Notes: a model not told the origin generated them from the letters alone. A stretch of 64,000 nucleotides of DNA from a virus (IMGVR_UViG_3300028410_000746); one strand, 5' to 3'; shown: positions 23,808 to 34,412, counted from the stretch's first letter. Program-made: numbers and translations.

Positions 23808-25403
23808 TCAGCTCACCTCATCGGGGCTGAACGTGTAGGTAACCGTGCGGGTGCCGTCAGCGCTCACCTGCATGGAGATGAGGCCCTCCTGCGTCGTCTG
23901 CTGAATCAGCGCGGCGAGCGCGGGGTCCACCTCGCGGGAGACCTGGAGGTTGTGTGCCGTTGTACCCTCACTGGCAGTCGTTGACAAGGACTTATTGAAC
24001 TCCGACGGCTTCCTGCGGCGCATCGCCTTGGGACCCGAAACGCCCATGGCAACCTCCGCCCACTTCGCGCTGGTGTCGTCCAACGGGAGGCTGTTGGGAG
24101 TGTTGGATACGTTCGGAGCAGCGGACGAGGCGCGCTTCGTAGTCACGACCTCCTCCGTATCCAAGATCGAAGCCTGCTCCAGAAGCCAGGACGGCTCAGG
24201 CATCGAGCAGCTCCCCTCGCGGGTGAGCACCTGACGCAGCAAAGGCCTCGCATCCTCGGAGACATCCTCGAACAGCGCCGTCAGGTCCGGGGCTCCCAGG
24301 ATCTGGTACTGATAGGGACGGACATCGCGAGCCACCGTCACGAGGCCCTCCTTCTCCAGACGGCGAAGGGGGAGATCCACGAGCGCACCCGACGTATCGC
24401 TGTAGATACCGCGAAAGGCCGACACCACGAACTCAGACTGACGCACCGGGACCGCAGCCTCAGACGCTCCGAGATCGTTCAGGACCGCCAGAATCAACCT
24501 GGACTGGGCCTCGACCTCACCTCCATCTGATTCTCCCGAGAGGTTCGCCTGGACGTACGCCTTGGCCATCGCCGGAGTCACATGCTCGAAGGCCGGAGTC
24601 ACCGAAGAGTAGCTGGTGTTCTGACGGCTCAGGAACCCCAGGTTCACCAGATCCTGAACGCGGCGGCTGATCTGAGCGAAGGGCTGACCCGTGAGCTGGT
24701 GGATAAGACGTGAAGACACGTCACCACCGATCGCCACGTAGTGCGTGAAGAGGTTCACGAGGTCCTTGCTCGGGGTCGGGAGGTCCTCGTAGAACTGAGC
24801 CTCCTTGAGCGCCTTGACCTTCTTGTACGTACGGTAGGACTTCCAGTCCTGTTGCAAGCGCTCCTGCAACAGGGAGTTGAAGGCAAAACGGAAGGTCTCC
24901 ACGTCGAAGCGGTCCGACACGTGGCGAGTGCCGAAGCTCGACAGGATGTCCGTCAAGCGAAGGAAGGTCTCCTGCATGGCCGCCAGCTCATCGCTGCGAA
25001 CGGTCTGCCTGCGAATCTTGAGCGTCTCATCCTGGAGAATCCCATACAGGTCGCTCATCTGGAAGACGCCCGGTGCAACCTCCAGGGGGATCACGTACTG
25101 AAGGTCCGCCTCCGACGACTGGTTGCGGTCGTGGTCCCACCCAAAGATGCGGGCTCCCAGGACCGGAACCTTGGTCCGAGAGAAATACATCATCTCGAAG
25201 TGGTGCAGGAGCAGCGCGGCGTAACCGATCAGGGACGATACATTGCCGATGTAAATCGACTCGTCGAGAAGGTCCAGAGCGGCCTTGCCATAGCGCGCCT
25301 CAAACGCGCTCTGGTTCGTGTGTGGGGTGACCTTGAACATCTGGCTCAGGTCGTGGGTCGGGACGTATCCCTCTTCGGGAGAGGGGGTCGTTTGCGTGTC
25401 CAT
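23808..25403 (-). CDS. Hypothetical protein with winged-helix-like segments
   Basis: AQISRRVQDLVNLGFLSR and LRRLEKEGLV patterns. Confidence 0.8.
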   Translation of the reverse strand: MDTQTTPSPEEGYVPTHDLSQMFKVTPHTNQSAFEARYGKAALDLLDESIYIGNVSSLIGYAALLLHHFEMMYFSRTKVPVLGARIFGWDHDRNQSSEADLQYVIPLEVAPGVFQMSDLYGILQDETLKIRRQTVRSDELAAMQETFLRLTDILSSFGTRHVSDRFDVETFRFAFNSLLQERLQQDWKSYRTYKKVKALKEAQFYEDLPTPSKDLVNLFTHYVAIGGDVSSRLIHQLTGQPFAQISRRVQDLVNLGFLSRQNTSYSSVTPAFEHVTPAMAKAYVQANLSGESDGGEVEAQSRLILAVLNDLGASEAAVPVRQSEFVVSAFRGIYSDTSGALVDLPLRRLEKEGLVTVARDVRPYQYQILGAPDLTALFEDVSEDARPLLRQVLTREGSCSMPEPSWLLEQASILDTEEVVTTKRASSAAPNVSNTPNSLPLDDTSAKWAEVAMGVSGPKAMRRRKPSEFNKSLSTTASEGTTAHNLQVSREVDPALAALIQQTTQEGLISMQVSADGTRTVTYTFSPDEVS

Positions 25404-25450
25404 TCTATCCTCCAATGGTTGAAGCAATCATCACCAGGAGAATGACACAA

Positions 25451-25483
25451 GAAACCCGCTCTCGTCAAATGAAAGCGGGTTTC
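25451..25483 (-). terminator. Terminator hairpin after a tRNA trio
   Basis: GAAACCCGCT/AGCGGGTTTC inverted repeat. Confidence 0.6.
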
Positions 25484-25509
25484 TGAGTGGTCGTATGACG
25501 AGCGTTAAG

Positions 25510-25591
25510 TACGGGGGGAGGGGATCGAACCCTCACGGCCGAAGCCACAGAATTTTGAATCCTGCGTGTCTACCAGTTCCACCACACCCGC
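25510..25591 (-). tRNA. tRNA-Leu(CAA)
   Basis: Leu D-loop, CAGGA-TTCAAAA-TTCTG, long variable arm, A73. Confidence 0.9.
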
Positions 25592-25594
25592 ATA

Positions 25595-25667
25595 TGCCGC
25601 TGAGAGGACTCGAACCCCTTTCTCCTCCATACCACAGAGGTATCCTAGCCGGTTGGACTACAGCGGC
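25595..25667 (-). tRNA. tRNA-Thr(GGT)
   Basis: GCCGCTG/CAGCGGC, CCTCT-GTGGTAT-GGAGG; unusual G32/U38. Confidence 0.8.
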
Positions 25668-25670
25668 GAG

Positions 25671-25742
25671 AGCCTCACGAGGGACTTGAACCCTCCTCTC
25701 GGCATTACAAAAGCCGCGCGGCGCCGTCTCCGCTTGGGTGGC
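25671..25742 (-). tRNA. tRNA-Thr(TGT), degenerate
   Basis: CGGC-T-TTTGTAA-T-GCCG, T-arm GAGGG/CCCTC; acceptor 5/7; weak D-arm; U73. Confidence 0.6.
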
Positions 25743-25779
25743 ATGGTGATAAGTGCCACCCAAGCGAAGGCTATTCCAC

Positions 25780-26322
25780 TCACAGGTGCCTCAACCGCGC
25801 GGTAAAGACCAGGACCCGCTCGGCCCCCACGCGAGTGAGTCGGATCAGATCACGGTGCCCCATACGAGACAGGCACGCCGAGAACGCAGACGTGTTCACA
25901 CCCTCCAACTGATCGCTCAGAGCTGTCAGGAGGTCGGAGTTGGAGCCCTGAAGAGTCAAAACTCGGCACGTGCGCGGCTTGGAAGTCCCCGACTCTCGCA
26001 GACGCCTCTCCGCCTCTCCTTGAAGCGCACGCAGGAGCAAAAGCTCTCGGGCGGGGAGACTACTCGGGTCGACCCAGGAGATGCCTCCTGACTCCTCGAC
26101 GTCTGGCATGGTGTACCGGGTAGACGTGTCAGCTCGCAGCATGTCAGCCTTGAGCAAACGAAGCTCGGAGAAGAACGCTTGGGCCTCCTTCTCACGTTGT
26201 GTGACCCGAGCTTCCCGGACATCCAACTCGTGGGCGCGCTCGCGTAGGAGCGTGATCAGGGGCGCGAGCGCGCCCGCGAGGACAGAACGGGCCAGATCAT
26301 CAAAGGTATCAGACGTCTTCAT
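25780..26322 (-). CDS. Coiled-coil plus C-terminal wHTH-like hypothetical protein
   Basis: ATGA overlap; SAFSACLSRMGHRDLIRL. Confidence 0.7.
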   Translation of the reverse strand: MKTSDTFDDLARSVLAGALAPLITLLRERAHELDVREARVTQREKEAQAFFSELRLLKADMLRADTSTRYTMPDVEESGGISWVDPSSLPARELLLLRALQGEAERRLRESGTSKPRTCRVLTLQGSNSDLLTALSDQLEGVNTSAFSACLSRMGHRDLIRLTRVGAERVLVFTARLRHL

Positions 26323-26633
26323 TGCGCAAACCATGGGTGTGCCGTGACTCCCCGACCGCCGCAGTCGTCACATGGAGGATGAGAATAGAGAACCCCCTCG
26401 CCGCCACACGCGCCACACTCAAGGTCGTAGAGGACCCCTTGGTAGTCACACCTCGCGCAGCCGTCCGGATCTTCCCCGTCTCCTTCCCCTCCGCAGGCCG
26501 GACACGGAATCTCTTCCAGGAAGCCATCCCCCCGACAGACCTCGCACTCGGTCTCCAGGAGGAGATCCTTTCGGACCCCCTCCATCATACAGACCTCGCA
26601 CTCGACGAGCATTGTGGGAGGCATGGGACTCAT
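26319..26633 (-). CDS. DnaJ-type CxxCxGxG repeat protein
   Basis: Six CxxC repeats, most followed by xGxG; no J-domain; coupled to lon. Confidence 0.8.
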   Translation of the reverse strand: MSPMPPTMLVECEVCMMEGVRKDLLLETECEVCRGDGFLEEIPCPACGGEGDGEDPDGCARCDYQGVLYDLECGACGGEGVLYSHPPCDDCGGRGVTAHPWFAQ

Positions 26634-29600
26634 ACAGACGGCTCCTGGACGAAGGGCTCGGTCACCGGGAGAGCCTTGGTCCAGTCACGAAGAACGTCTC
26701 GGAACACCAGCGGCGGAATCTGCTCCACGCGGTCCACCGGGTAGAACGTCATTTCGCTGAGCACCAGGGCGTCCACGTCACGCAGGTCCTTGGTACACTG
26801 CGAGGGCATGATGACCTCACGGATGCCCGCGCGATGCGCGGCGATGACCTTCTCCTTGATGCCGCCGACCGGGAGCACCTGACCCGTGAGCGTAATCTCA
26901 CCGGTCATGGCCACCTCTCGGCGCAGCTTGAGCCCCGCGAAGCGAGAGAGCAAGGCGCTGAACATCGTGATGCCTGCGGAGGGACCATCCTTGGGGATGG
27001 CGCCAGCCGGCACGTGGATGTGAAGGTCGTGCGACTTGATCATGTTGGTGTCTACTCCATACAGATCGCCATGCGCACGCAGGTAGCTCAGGGCAGCCCG
27101 GACAGACTCCTTCATGACGTCTCCGAGCTGGCCCGTCAGCGTCACCTCACCCTTACCCCCTTTCATCGCCTGCACCTCAATGAAGAGGATGTCTCCACCT
27201 ACCGCCGTCCAGGCCAAGCCCGTTGCCACGCCCTCCTGATCCTCACGCTGCGACACCTCCGAGATGTACCGAACGGGACCCAGCGCCTTCTCGACCCGCC
27301 CCATGTCCAGGGGGAACACCGCACCGAGACGCTCAGCCTCCGGAAGCTTGACGACATCCACAGCGATAGAGCGGCACAGGTCTCCCAGCCTACGGTTCAG
27401 GCTACGGACGCCCGCCTCACGGGTGTACTTGTCCACCACGTGGTGGACCACCCCATCCGCGACCTCGATCTGGTCGGGCCCCAGACCGTGGGCGGCTACC
27501 TGCTTGGGGAAGAGATAGCGAGTCGCGATCTCATTCTTCTCGAACATCGTGTAGCTGGGGACCTCCAGGATCTCCATACGGTCACGCAGCGGAGCCGAGA
27601 TCGTATCCAACCGGTTGGCCGTGGCGATGAAGAGGACCTTGGACAGGTCAAGGTCTATCTCCAGGTAGTGGTCGTTGAACGTCGAGTTCTGAGCCGGATC
27701 AAGAACCTCCAGGAACGCGGCGGCGGGGTCGCCTCGGAAGTCCGAGCCCACCTTGTCGATCTCGTCCAGGAGGATGACCGGGTTCATCGTGCCGGCCTTC
27801 TGAAGCGCTCGAACGATGCGGCCCGGCATGGCGCCCACATAGGTACGACGGTGACCACGGATCTCGGACTCGTCGTGCATACCTCCAAGGGAGATGCGCG
27901 CGAACTTGCGGCCCATCGTCCGGGCAATGGACTTGGCGATGGACGTGTTATGCGTCACAATCACGTCATCAGTGATGTAAAGAGAATCAGGAGCAGAGAC
28001 CTTGATGCACTGAGTCTCCTTGACACCTACCGCTACGATATCAGAGATGAACCTCTTGGGAGCGTACTTACTCTTGGAGACCCACCGCTGAGCTTTGGCG
28101 TCACACCAGAAGGGACACTGACCCGCCGACATTGAGACCGTCACGTTGTACGCCAGACGACCCGAACGCCTCTCCCCATCAACCGTATATGACGGCTTTT
28201 TCATCGTCACCCGTGTCACCCCCCCAAGCGACCGGACCAACCACTGCACGTCATCACACAATCGCGTCGACGTCGTACAAAAAGAAACCCTACAACCCGT
28301 CGCGTCTACAGTACCGCCAGTGTCCATCAAGCCCTGCAAAAGAGCGAGCCTCTGCTCTACCGAGCCGTAAAGGTACACATAAGGTACATGCTTTTCGTAC
28401 GAGTAGAGCCCCGTAAGTTCCAGAGCATCCAGCTCCACCTGCAACGCGTCCCGTACAGACCCCTTTCGCCCTGCGGTCAAACGATAGTCACAGGTCTCCG
28501 ACGCTTGCTTGCGCATCCGAACCTCCCCCGGCAAGGCGGCAGCTACGCGTGCGCAAATATCACCCTCTGGGTTTGAAAAACCAACGGAAGCTCCCGTAAG
28601 GCCTCCATCTCCCAAGAGCGCCCCCAAGAGGTACGGGTCAAGGGGTACGGACTTTTCCGCAAACTCCAAGGGCTGGGTCAGAGGGATAGAATGGTTGCGG
28701 CGAGCGTCCGAGCCGTACCGAAGCGTCTCTCGGATTTGCTCCAGAGACTTCACCGACCCCTCACGGGAAGCCTTCCGATCGAGGTCGGTATGCGTGTACC
28801 ACAAGTGCTCGTCGCAACACTCTGTTGATGAGCCGTCTTGAAACTCCACACGATACACCGGCCGCGTGCCTTGAGGGAACGCGCCCTCCACGTGATGAAC
28901 GCCCCCGTCCGCACCCATGACCGCATCACCTACCGCAAGCGTACCCATCGCAACCCAACCCTTCGGGGTCAACACCCGCGCATCCAAAGGCTGCGCCTTG
29001 CCCACACCGGGAGGGCCCACGAAGCACAGGATCGGGCCGTTCATGTCCTGCTTGAGCGCCTGAACAGCCAGATGCTCGACCACCCTTCGCTTCACCTTCT
29101 CCAGGCCGTAGTGGTCCGCGTCGAGCACATCCTCCGCGCGGACGACATCCAGGTTGTCCTCGCTCTCGACGCCCCACGGCACATCGAGCATCTGCTGGAT
29201 GTAGTTGAGCGTCACCGAATACTCGGAGCTGGCCGGCTGCATCGCGTCGAGTCGACGATGCTGCTTCAGGACCGCAGCCTCCACCTCCTCAGGCATGTCT
29301 GCCTCCTGAATACGCTCAAGCAGCTCCTCCGTCTCGGAGATGTCCTCACCGAGCTGGTCCTTGATGACCTTGAGCTGCTGGCGAAGGATGTACTCACGCT
29401 GAATAGACTTGCTGCGCTCCTGGAGCGACTGGTTGATCTCACCCGCCAGCTCCTGGCGCGCGATACGCTCCCCCAGGATGCGCAGACACCGAGACGCGCG
29501 CTCCGTGATGTTCGGCTCCAGGTAGAGAGCCAACAGGTCCTCATCCTCGAAGCGGGGCGCGAGCATGTCTGTAAGGTCTGAGAGGGAGCCCACAGCACGC

Positions 29601-30079
29601 ACGCGCTCGAACTCCTGCTCGGGAGCGTCCGGATCGTCTCCCAGGACCTGAAGCGTCTTCTCCTGAAGCGCCTCGAACAGCGCTTCATTGTACTCCGCCT
29701 CCTTGTCGAACTCCGGTCCAATGACCTCGAAGTGACCCATCAACGGCGCGGAGGCATCCTCCGGAATCTCAAGATCCAGGAGCCTCAGCCTCACCTCCCC
29801 GGAAGAAATGACCGTATAGTCGTTCGCGTTCGGGTTCGGGATGATCTTGATGCAGGACACCAGGGTCGCGATCTCGTGGACCTCATCCATCGAGGACAGC
29901 GTGAGCACGTCCGGAGACTTCTGAAGCACGACCGCGATCTTGAAAGGCGCCGGCGAGTCTGCACCCTCAATGACCGCCAGGGAGCGTGCTCGACCGACCC
30001 GAACAGGGATCATCTGTAGCGGGAAAAGAGGGTTCTCGCGCATGGCGATCACGGGAAGGTACAGGGTGTCAGCGCTCAT
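26630..30079 (-). CDS. lon: ATP-dependent Lon protease (LonA) containing an intein
   Basis: LON N-domain, [25 protein letters not shown]|[28 protein letters not shown]. Confidence 0.97.
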   Translation of the reverse strand: MSADTLYLPVIAMRENPLFPLQMIPVRVGRARSLAVIEGADSPAPFKIAVVLQKSPDVLTLSSMDEVHEIATLVSCIKIIPNPNANDYTVISSGEVRLRLLDLEIPEDASAPLMGHFEVIGPEFDKEAEYNEALFEALQEKTLQVLGDDPDAPEQEFERVRAVGSLSDLTDMLAPRFEDEDLLALYLEPNITERASRCLRILGERIARQELAGEINQSLQERSKSIQREYILRQQLKVIKDQLGEDISETEELLERIQEADMPEEVEAAVLKQHRRLDAMQPASSEYSVTLNYIQQMLDVPWGVESEDNLDVVRAEDVLDADHYGLEKVKRRVVEHLAVQALKQDMNGPILCFVGPPGVGKAQPLDARVLTPKGWVAMGTLAVGDAVMGADGGVHHVEGAFPQGTRPVYRVEFQDGSSTECCDEHLWYTHTDLDRKASREGSVKSLEQIRETLRYGSDARRNHSIPLTQPLEFAEKSVPLDPYLLGALLGDGGLTGASVGFSNPEGDICARVAAALPGEVRMRKQASETCDYRLTAGRKGSVRDALQVELDALELTGLYSYEKHVPYVYLYGSVEQRLALLQGLMDTGGTVDATGCRVSFCTTSTRLCDDVQWLVRSLGGVTRVTMKKPSYTVDGERRSGRLAYNVTVSMSAGQCPFWCDAKAQRWVSKSKYAPKRFISDIVAVGVKETQCIKVSAPDSLYITDDVIVTHNTSIAKSIARTMGRKFARISLGGMHDESEIRGHRRTYVGAMPGRIVRALQKAGTMNPVILLDEIDKVGSDFRGDPAAAFLEVLDPAQNSTFNDHYLEIDLDLSKVLFIATANRLDTISAPLRDRMEILEVPSYTMFEKNEIATRYLFPKQVAAHGLGPDQIEVADGVVHHVVDKYTREAGVRSLNRRLGDLCRSIAVDVVKLPEAERLGAVFPLDMGRVEKALGPVRYISEVSQREDQEGVATGLAWTAVGGDILFIEVQAMKGGKGEVTLTGQLGDVMKESVRAALSYLRAHGDLYGVDTNMIKSHDLHIHVPAGAIPKDGPSAGITMFSALLSRFAGLKLRREVAMTGEITLTGQVLPVGGIKEKVIAAHRAGIREVIMPSQCTKDLRDVDALVLSEMTFYPVDRVEQIPPLVFRDVLRDWTKALPVTEPFVQEPSV
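27947..28996 (-). mobile_element. Class-3 intein (350 aa) with LAGLIDADG-type homing endonuclease, in the Lon Walker A motif
   Basis: K|[11 protein letters not shown]...HLW...TQCIKV...VTHN|T; LLGALLGDG and [10 protein letters not shown]. Confidence 0.92.
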
Positions 30080-30128
30080 CGTGGTCCTCGGTAGTGCATT
30101 TGTGTAGTATCATGTTGTCCCCCACCGT

Positions 30129-30674
30129 GTGAGGTGCCTCGTGGCTTTGATCGTTCTCGACCTTGAGTACAACCAACCCTCACGACGTATCATCCAGATT
30201 GGGGCAGTCGAAGTGCGAGCCCATGAGGGTGAGATTGAACCAGTTTTCTGTGAGCACGTCAACCCCGGAGAGCCGCTTGACGCCTACATCCAGAAGCTGA
30301 CGGGGATCACTCAAGAGCAGGCTTCGCGCGCGCAAACCCTGGATCACGTCGCCGCTCGCTTCTGGCGTACCATCGGCCACCACGAGCACATAGTCCTCGG
30401 AGGTTGGGGCGACGACGCGAGAAAGCTCGTGCGAGACTCCCACCGCGCGAAGGTACTCACACCTGAAGCACACGCGCTCGACCTGACGACGCTGTGGAAG
30501 CTCTTGCAGACGCTTGGAGAAGCTCCCACGCCCAAGAATCACGGCCTCAAGAGGCTCATGCGCTACTACGGCGTCCGCTTCGAGGGTCAACAGCACGACG
30601 CCCTCACGGACGCGCGCGCTACGGGTGAGGTCCTCATGAAGATGGCTCAAGCGGCTCGGGATATTCTTGGCTGA
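30129..30674 (+). CDS. DEDDh 3'-5' exonuclease
   Basis: VLDLEYNQ, IIQIGAV, HDALTDA. Confidence 0.88.
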   Translation: MRCLVALIVLDLEYNQPSRRIIQIGAVEVRAHEGEIEPVFCEHVNPGEPLDAYIQKLTGITQEQASRAQTLDHVAARFWRTIGHHEHIVLGGWGDDARKLVRDSHRAKVLTPEAHALDLTTLWKLLQTLGEAPTPKNHGLKRLMRYYGVRFEGQQHDALTDARATGEVLMKMAQAARDILG

Positions 30675-31146
30675 CCGCGAGCTGCGAGTTGAAGTAGCGA
30701 GTATCGTCCGAGACCTCCACACCAACCCAGTCCGGCAAGACCAACTCCTGAGCCTCACTCTCCAGCTCGACCTCGGCCACGACCAACGGGCTAAACGGCT
30801 CCTCGAACGTGTCGATCTCCCAAAGCACACCTGAGTGGTCCACGGTATGCCTCGTCTTACAAACGAGGTTCCCACAGTCCTTCAACAGACGCGTGGCCTC
30901 AGGGTACTTGATGCCCACCTCATGCTCCACCCTCGTGATACCCGTCGTGGGCCCCTTGATGGTCAGAAAGGCAAGGGGCCGCGACATCGGACGCCGACAT
31001 ACACGCACCCGAACCGTGGTCTCCGGGCCGATGCCCCGCAAGTAACCCTGTTCGATCTCCACCACGTCCTTGAGAATACCAGAAGCGACGGCCGCAGCCC
31101 TTCGTCCCGGAAGCACCAGGAACTTTCGCTCGATCTCAACACCCAC
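30634..31146 (-). CDS. CYTH / triphosphate tunnel metalloenzyme
   Basis: EIERKFLV, IEQGYL, VRVR, LTIKG, KTRH, VVAEVEL. Confidence 0.92.
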   Translation of the reverse strand: MGVEIERKFLVLPGRRAAAVASGILKDVVEIEQGYLRGIGPETTVRVRVCRRPMSRPLAFLTIKGPTTGITRVEHEVGIKYPEATRLLKDCGNLVCKTRHTVDHSGVLWEIDTFEEPFSPLVVAEVELESEAQELVLPDWVGVEVSDDTRYFNSQLAVSQEYPEPLEPSS

Positions 31147-33063
31147 TCACTCCTCTCCTGCCCTCATGAGGGCCATGTAGTTCACGATCATCTCCTTGCG
31201 CACCTCGGCAGACTTGCCCATCACGTCCGAGAGCACCGTATCCAGCTCACCCTCATCTGGCACGGTCACCGGGAGAAGCGTTCGGGAAGAGGGCGACAGC
31301 GCCGTGTAGCGCAGCTCCTCCTTCATCATCTCACCCAACCCCTTGAAGCGGGCGATCTCGGGAGGACGACTCAAGGTCTTGAGGTACACCGCCAGGGCCC
31401 GGTCGTCTTCGATCCACCGAGACGTTGAACCCACGGTGACCTTGTAGAGAGGAGGCTTGGCCAAGTAAACGTGGCCTCCCCTCACCAAGTCAGGCATGTA
31501 CCGCCACAGGAAGGTCAGCAACAGCGTCGCGATGTGCGAACCGTCCGAATCCGCATCCATGAGCAGGATGACCTTATGGTAGCGCAAGGAGTCCGCATCG
31601 TAAAGCTCCTTTACGCCACAGCCCAACGCCTCTACCAAGTCTCCCAGCTCTCGGTTCTTGAGCACCTGAGAGGTGGTAGCGGATTCCGCGTTGAGGACCT
31701 TCCCCCTCAAAGGGAGGATCGCCTGTGTGCGACGCTCGCGAGCCTGCTTGGCGTTGCCACCAGCGGAGTCTCCCTCCACCACGAACAGCTCACACTCCGA
31801 CGGGTTCTTGGAGGTACAGTCTGCCAGCTTGCCCGGAAGAGCGAGGGCCCGGTTGGCGGGCTTCTTTCGCTTGACCAGCTTCGTAGCGGATCGCGAGGCC
31901 TTGCGTGCTCGCGCTGCCTGTATGATGCGCTGGGAGATGTCGGAGGCGGTCTCGGGGTTTCCCAGCAGGAAGCTCTCCAGCTCCGTACGCACGAGCTGCG
32001 CGACCGGGCCCGCGACCTTGGACGTGAGCTTGTCCTTGGTCTGACTCTGGAAGCTAAGATCACCCGACCAGAAGACGCTCACAATGACCTTGCTACCCTC
32101 CTGAATGTCCTCGGCGGTGATGTCCAGACTCTTGGGCACGTCCCCGGAAGCGTCCAGATACGCCCGTATTGCCGATCTGACGCCTCTGCGCATCCCGGTG
32201 GCATGCTCACCCCCAAACGCGTTGGGGATCGTGTTAGCGAACGCATACAGCTCTTCGTTGGTATCCTCGGTCCACTTGAGCGCCCAGTCGACGCGTAGAC
32301 CCGGCGAGGTCCCAGAACCGAGGATGGTCTGAGTATGCACAGGAACAGACTTGGCGCGACGCTCAACGGCATCCATATACTCCGCCAAACCTTCCCGGTG
32401 TTCAAAGACCTCCTCCTCATGACCCTCAGCGCGCAGAACGATCCTCAGGCCTGGGTTCAGGTACGTCTTGATTTCGAGACGCTCCCGCAGCAGGTCCAGG
32501 TCGTAGCTCTGGTCTCCGAAGATCTCCGAGTCCGGCGTGAACGCGATGCGCGTCCCCGTACGGCTCTTGGGCACCTTGGCCCCTTCGAGCACTGGAGCCT
32601 CCGGGCGACCCTGAATGTAGCTCTGAGTGTAGGTCTTGCCCCCTCTCCAAACAGTCGCCTCCAGCCGCTGACTCAGGAAGTTGGCCACCGAAGCTCCAAC
32701 ACCGTGTAGTCCTCCCGAGGTCGAATACGAGCCCCCCTCCTCGAACTTGGCCCCTGCGTGCAAGACCGTGAGGACCACCTCAAGCGAGCTGACGCCGCGT
32801 TGGGGGTGTATCGCAACCGGGATGCCTCGGCCATCGTCCTGAACGCTAATGCTCTTGAGGTCTGCCGAAAGCTCCACCTCGATGACCGAAGCGTGACCGT
32901 TCATCGCCTCGTCGACGCTGTTGTCTACGATCTCCCAGACGATGTGGTGGAACCCACCCTTACCCGTATCTCCGATATACATGCCTGGACGCTTACGCAC
33001 CGCATCCCGCCCCTCCAGCACCTCGATGTTGGATGCGTCGTACTCATAGGTCTTATCGGCCAT
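31147..33063 (-). CDS. gyrB: Type IIA topoisomerase subunit B (GyrB/ParE type, short form)
   Basis: VRKRPGMYIG, EIVDNSVDE, DDGRGIP, SGGLHGVGAS, VEGDSAGG, PLRGK, DADSDG, RFKGLGEM. Confidence 0.93.
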   Translation of the reverse strand: MADKTYEYDASNIEVLEGRDAVRKRPGMYIGDTGKGGFHHIVWEIVDNSVDEAMNGHASVIEVELSADLKSISVQDDGRGIPVAIHPQRGVSSLEVVLTVLHAGAKFEEGGSYSTSGGLHGVGASVANFLSQRLEATVWRGGKTYTQSYIQGRPEAPVLEGAKVPKSRTGTRIAFTPDSEIFGDQSYDLDLLRERLEIKTYLNPGLRIVLRAEGHEEEVFEHREGLAEYMDAVERRAKSVPVHTQTILGSGTSPGLRVDWALKWTEDTNEELYAFANTIPNAFGGEHATGMRRGVRSAIRAYLDASGDVPKSLDITAEDIQEGSKVIVSVFWSGDLSFQSQTKDKLTSKVAGPVAQLVRTELESFLLGNPETASDISQRIIQAARARKASRSATKLVKRKKPANRALALPGKLADCTSKNPSECELFVVEGDSAGGNAKQARERRTQAILPLRGKVLNAESATTSQVLKNRELGDLVEALGCGVKELYDADSLRYHKVILLMDADSDGSHIATLLLTFLWRYMPDLVRGGHVYLAKPPLYKVTVGSTSRWIEDDRALAVYLKTLSRPPEIARFKGLGEMMKEELRYTALSPSSRTLLPVTVPDEGELDTVLSDVMGKSAEVRKEMIVNYMALMRAGEE

Positions 33064-33119
33064 GTTCGTCTATCCTGTTGGTGGTGTGCGGCGACTGTAC
33101 CCGCATGCGAATTCGATGA

Positions 33120-33506
33120 CTAGTGCTCGCCATGCCAAAGCATACACTGACCACCCTCAAGCGGCTTGAAGCCGAGGCTCCCGTAGAACTTTTGAAGGCT
33201 CTGGGGGTCCGAACCATAACCACCGGGAGCGACGAGCATACAGGGACGGCCCATCTTGGTGGCCTCCTCCTGGAGCGCCTCGACGAGCCGACGGCCTACG
33301 CCCTTGCCCCGTTGAGACTCGGGCTTGACGCTGACTCGGCTGACCCACCACCGCCCCTCCCACGAATGCCAGTCCACACTCGCAACGCTCAGGTGGCGAC
33401 CCGTCTCATCCAGCATCGAGGCCGACATGTGCTCCGGCGTCACGACCATTTTGATTTCCATACCACACTCCTTAAGGGTTGACACGTCGTCTATACCACG
33501 CCACAC
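33120..33506 (-). CDS. GNAT acetyltransferase
   Basis: VKPESQRGKGVGRRL...FYGSLGF; ends TAG. Confidence 0.85.
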   Translation of the reverse strand: MWRGIDDVSTLKECGMEIKMVVTPEHMSASMLDETGRHLSVASVDWHSWEGRWWVSRVSVKPESQRGKGVGRRLVEALQEEATKMGRPCMLVAPGGYGSDPQSLQKFYGSLGFKPLEGGQCMLWHGEH

Positions 33507-33866
33507 TCTTTTACGTCAAGCACACGCTAATGCTTTTATATCGAGCCCGGATAGACCTGCGTGTAATCGAGGCTACGGATTTCCATGTCAATGTTGAACA
33601 CAATCAAGCATCAGTTGATCTCGCGCTCTGCGCAGGGTTGGCAGTGCTACGTCGTGTTTGCTCTGACGCTGCCCTCCAACCCGGCCATCGTGTCGGGCCT
33701 TACCGGCAGCGCCCCCGGACCCCCATAGCTCTCGACGTCAATCACGTACCCCACCACGGGAAGAGAGCTTGAAAAAGCCTTCTTCCCTTTTTTTATGCCA
33801 GGACCTCTTGACGAATTGTGAACCCTTGTGGCACAAGAGAGTCCTGACATACGAGGAGGAGCGACC

Positions 33867-34412
33867 ATGTACGATTTCAACGCAGAGCTGTGTGAGCTGA
33901 TCCCAATGCTCACGCCCCACGCGCGCCGATACTGCAAGTCTCAGGCGGACGCTGAGGACCTCGTACAGCAGACGGTCGAGCGAGCCCTGGTGTACTCCCA
34001 CAGCTACAAGCCTGGGACGAACATGAAGGCCTGGGTCACCTTCATCATGCGCAACCTGTACATCAACTCCTGGAACAAGCACGTGCGAACCCTCAAGATG
34101 CACGAGCGGCTTGAAGGAGAGCCCCGGAAGAAGGCTGAGAAGCCCGACGCCGGAGACAATGAGCGCGACGCTCAGAAGCTCCTGGACACGCTGGAGGCTT
34201 CACTCACTCCGGTGTACTTCGCCACGCTCAAGCTGTGCGCCTACGAGGGGAAGAGCTACCTCGAAATTGCGGACATCCTGGACATCCCGATCGGCACGGT
34301 GATGAGCCGGCTGCACCGCGCACGCAAGAAGGCCCGCGAAACTCTCCTGGAGTTCTACGGGCCCGAGATGCTCAATGAGTTCGCCGCCGATGTGGTAGCT
34401 ACGGCGAAGTAG
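33867..34412 (+). CDS. ECF RNA polymerase sigma factor
   Basis: DAEDLVQQTVERAL...TNMKAWVTFIMRNLYIN; SYLEIADILDIPIGTVMSRLHRAR; GGAGG RBS; ends TAG. Confidence 0.93.
   Translation: MYDFNAELCELIPMLTPHARRYCKSQADAEDLVQQTVERALVYSHSYKPGTNMKAWVTFIMRNLYINSWNKHVRTLKMHERLEGEPRKKAEKPDAGDNERDAQKLLDTLEASLTPVYFATLKLCAYEGKSYLEIADILDIPIGTVMSRLHRARKKARETLLEFYGPEMLNEFAADVVATAK

Noticed and set aside
26372-28135. Long plus-strand ORFs antisense to lon, gyrB, the AAA ATPase, groEL and the sheath (e.g. 26372-28135, 31471-32298, 38352-39581, 48511-50367, 54156-55733)
   Set aside because: Shadow frames typical of high-GC coding DNA; no motifs or RBS
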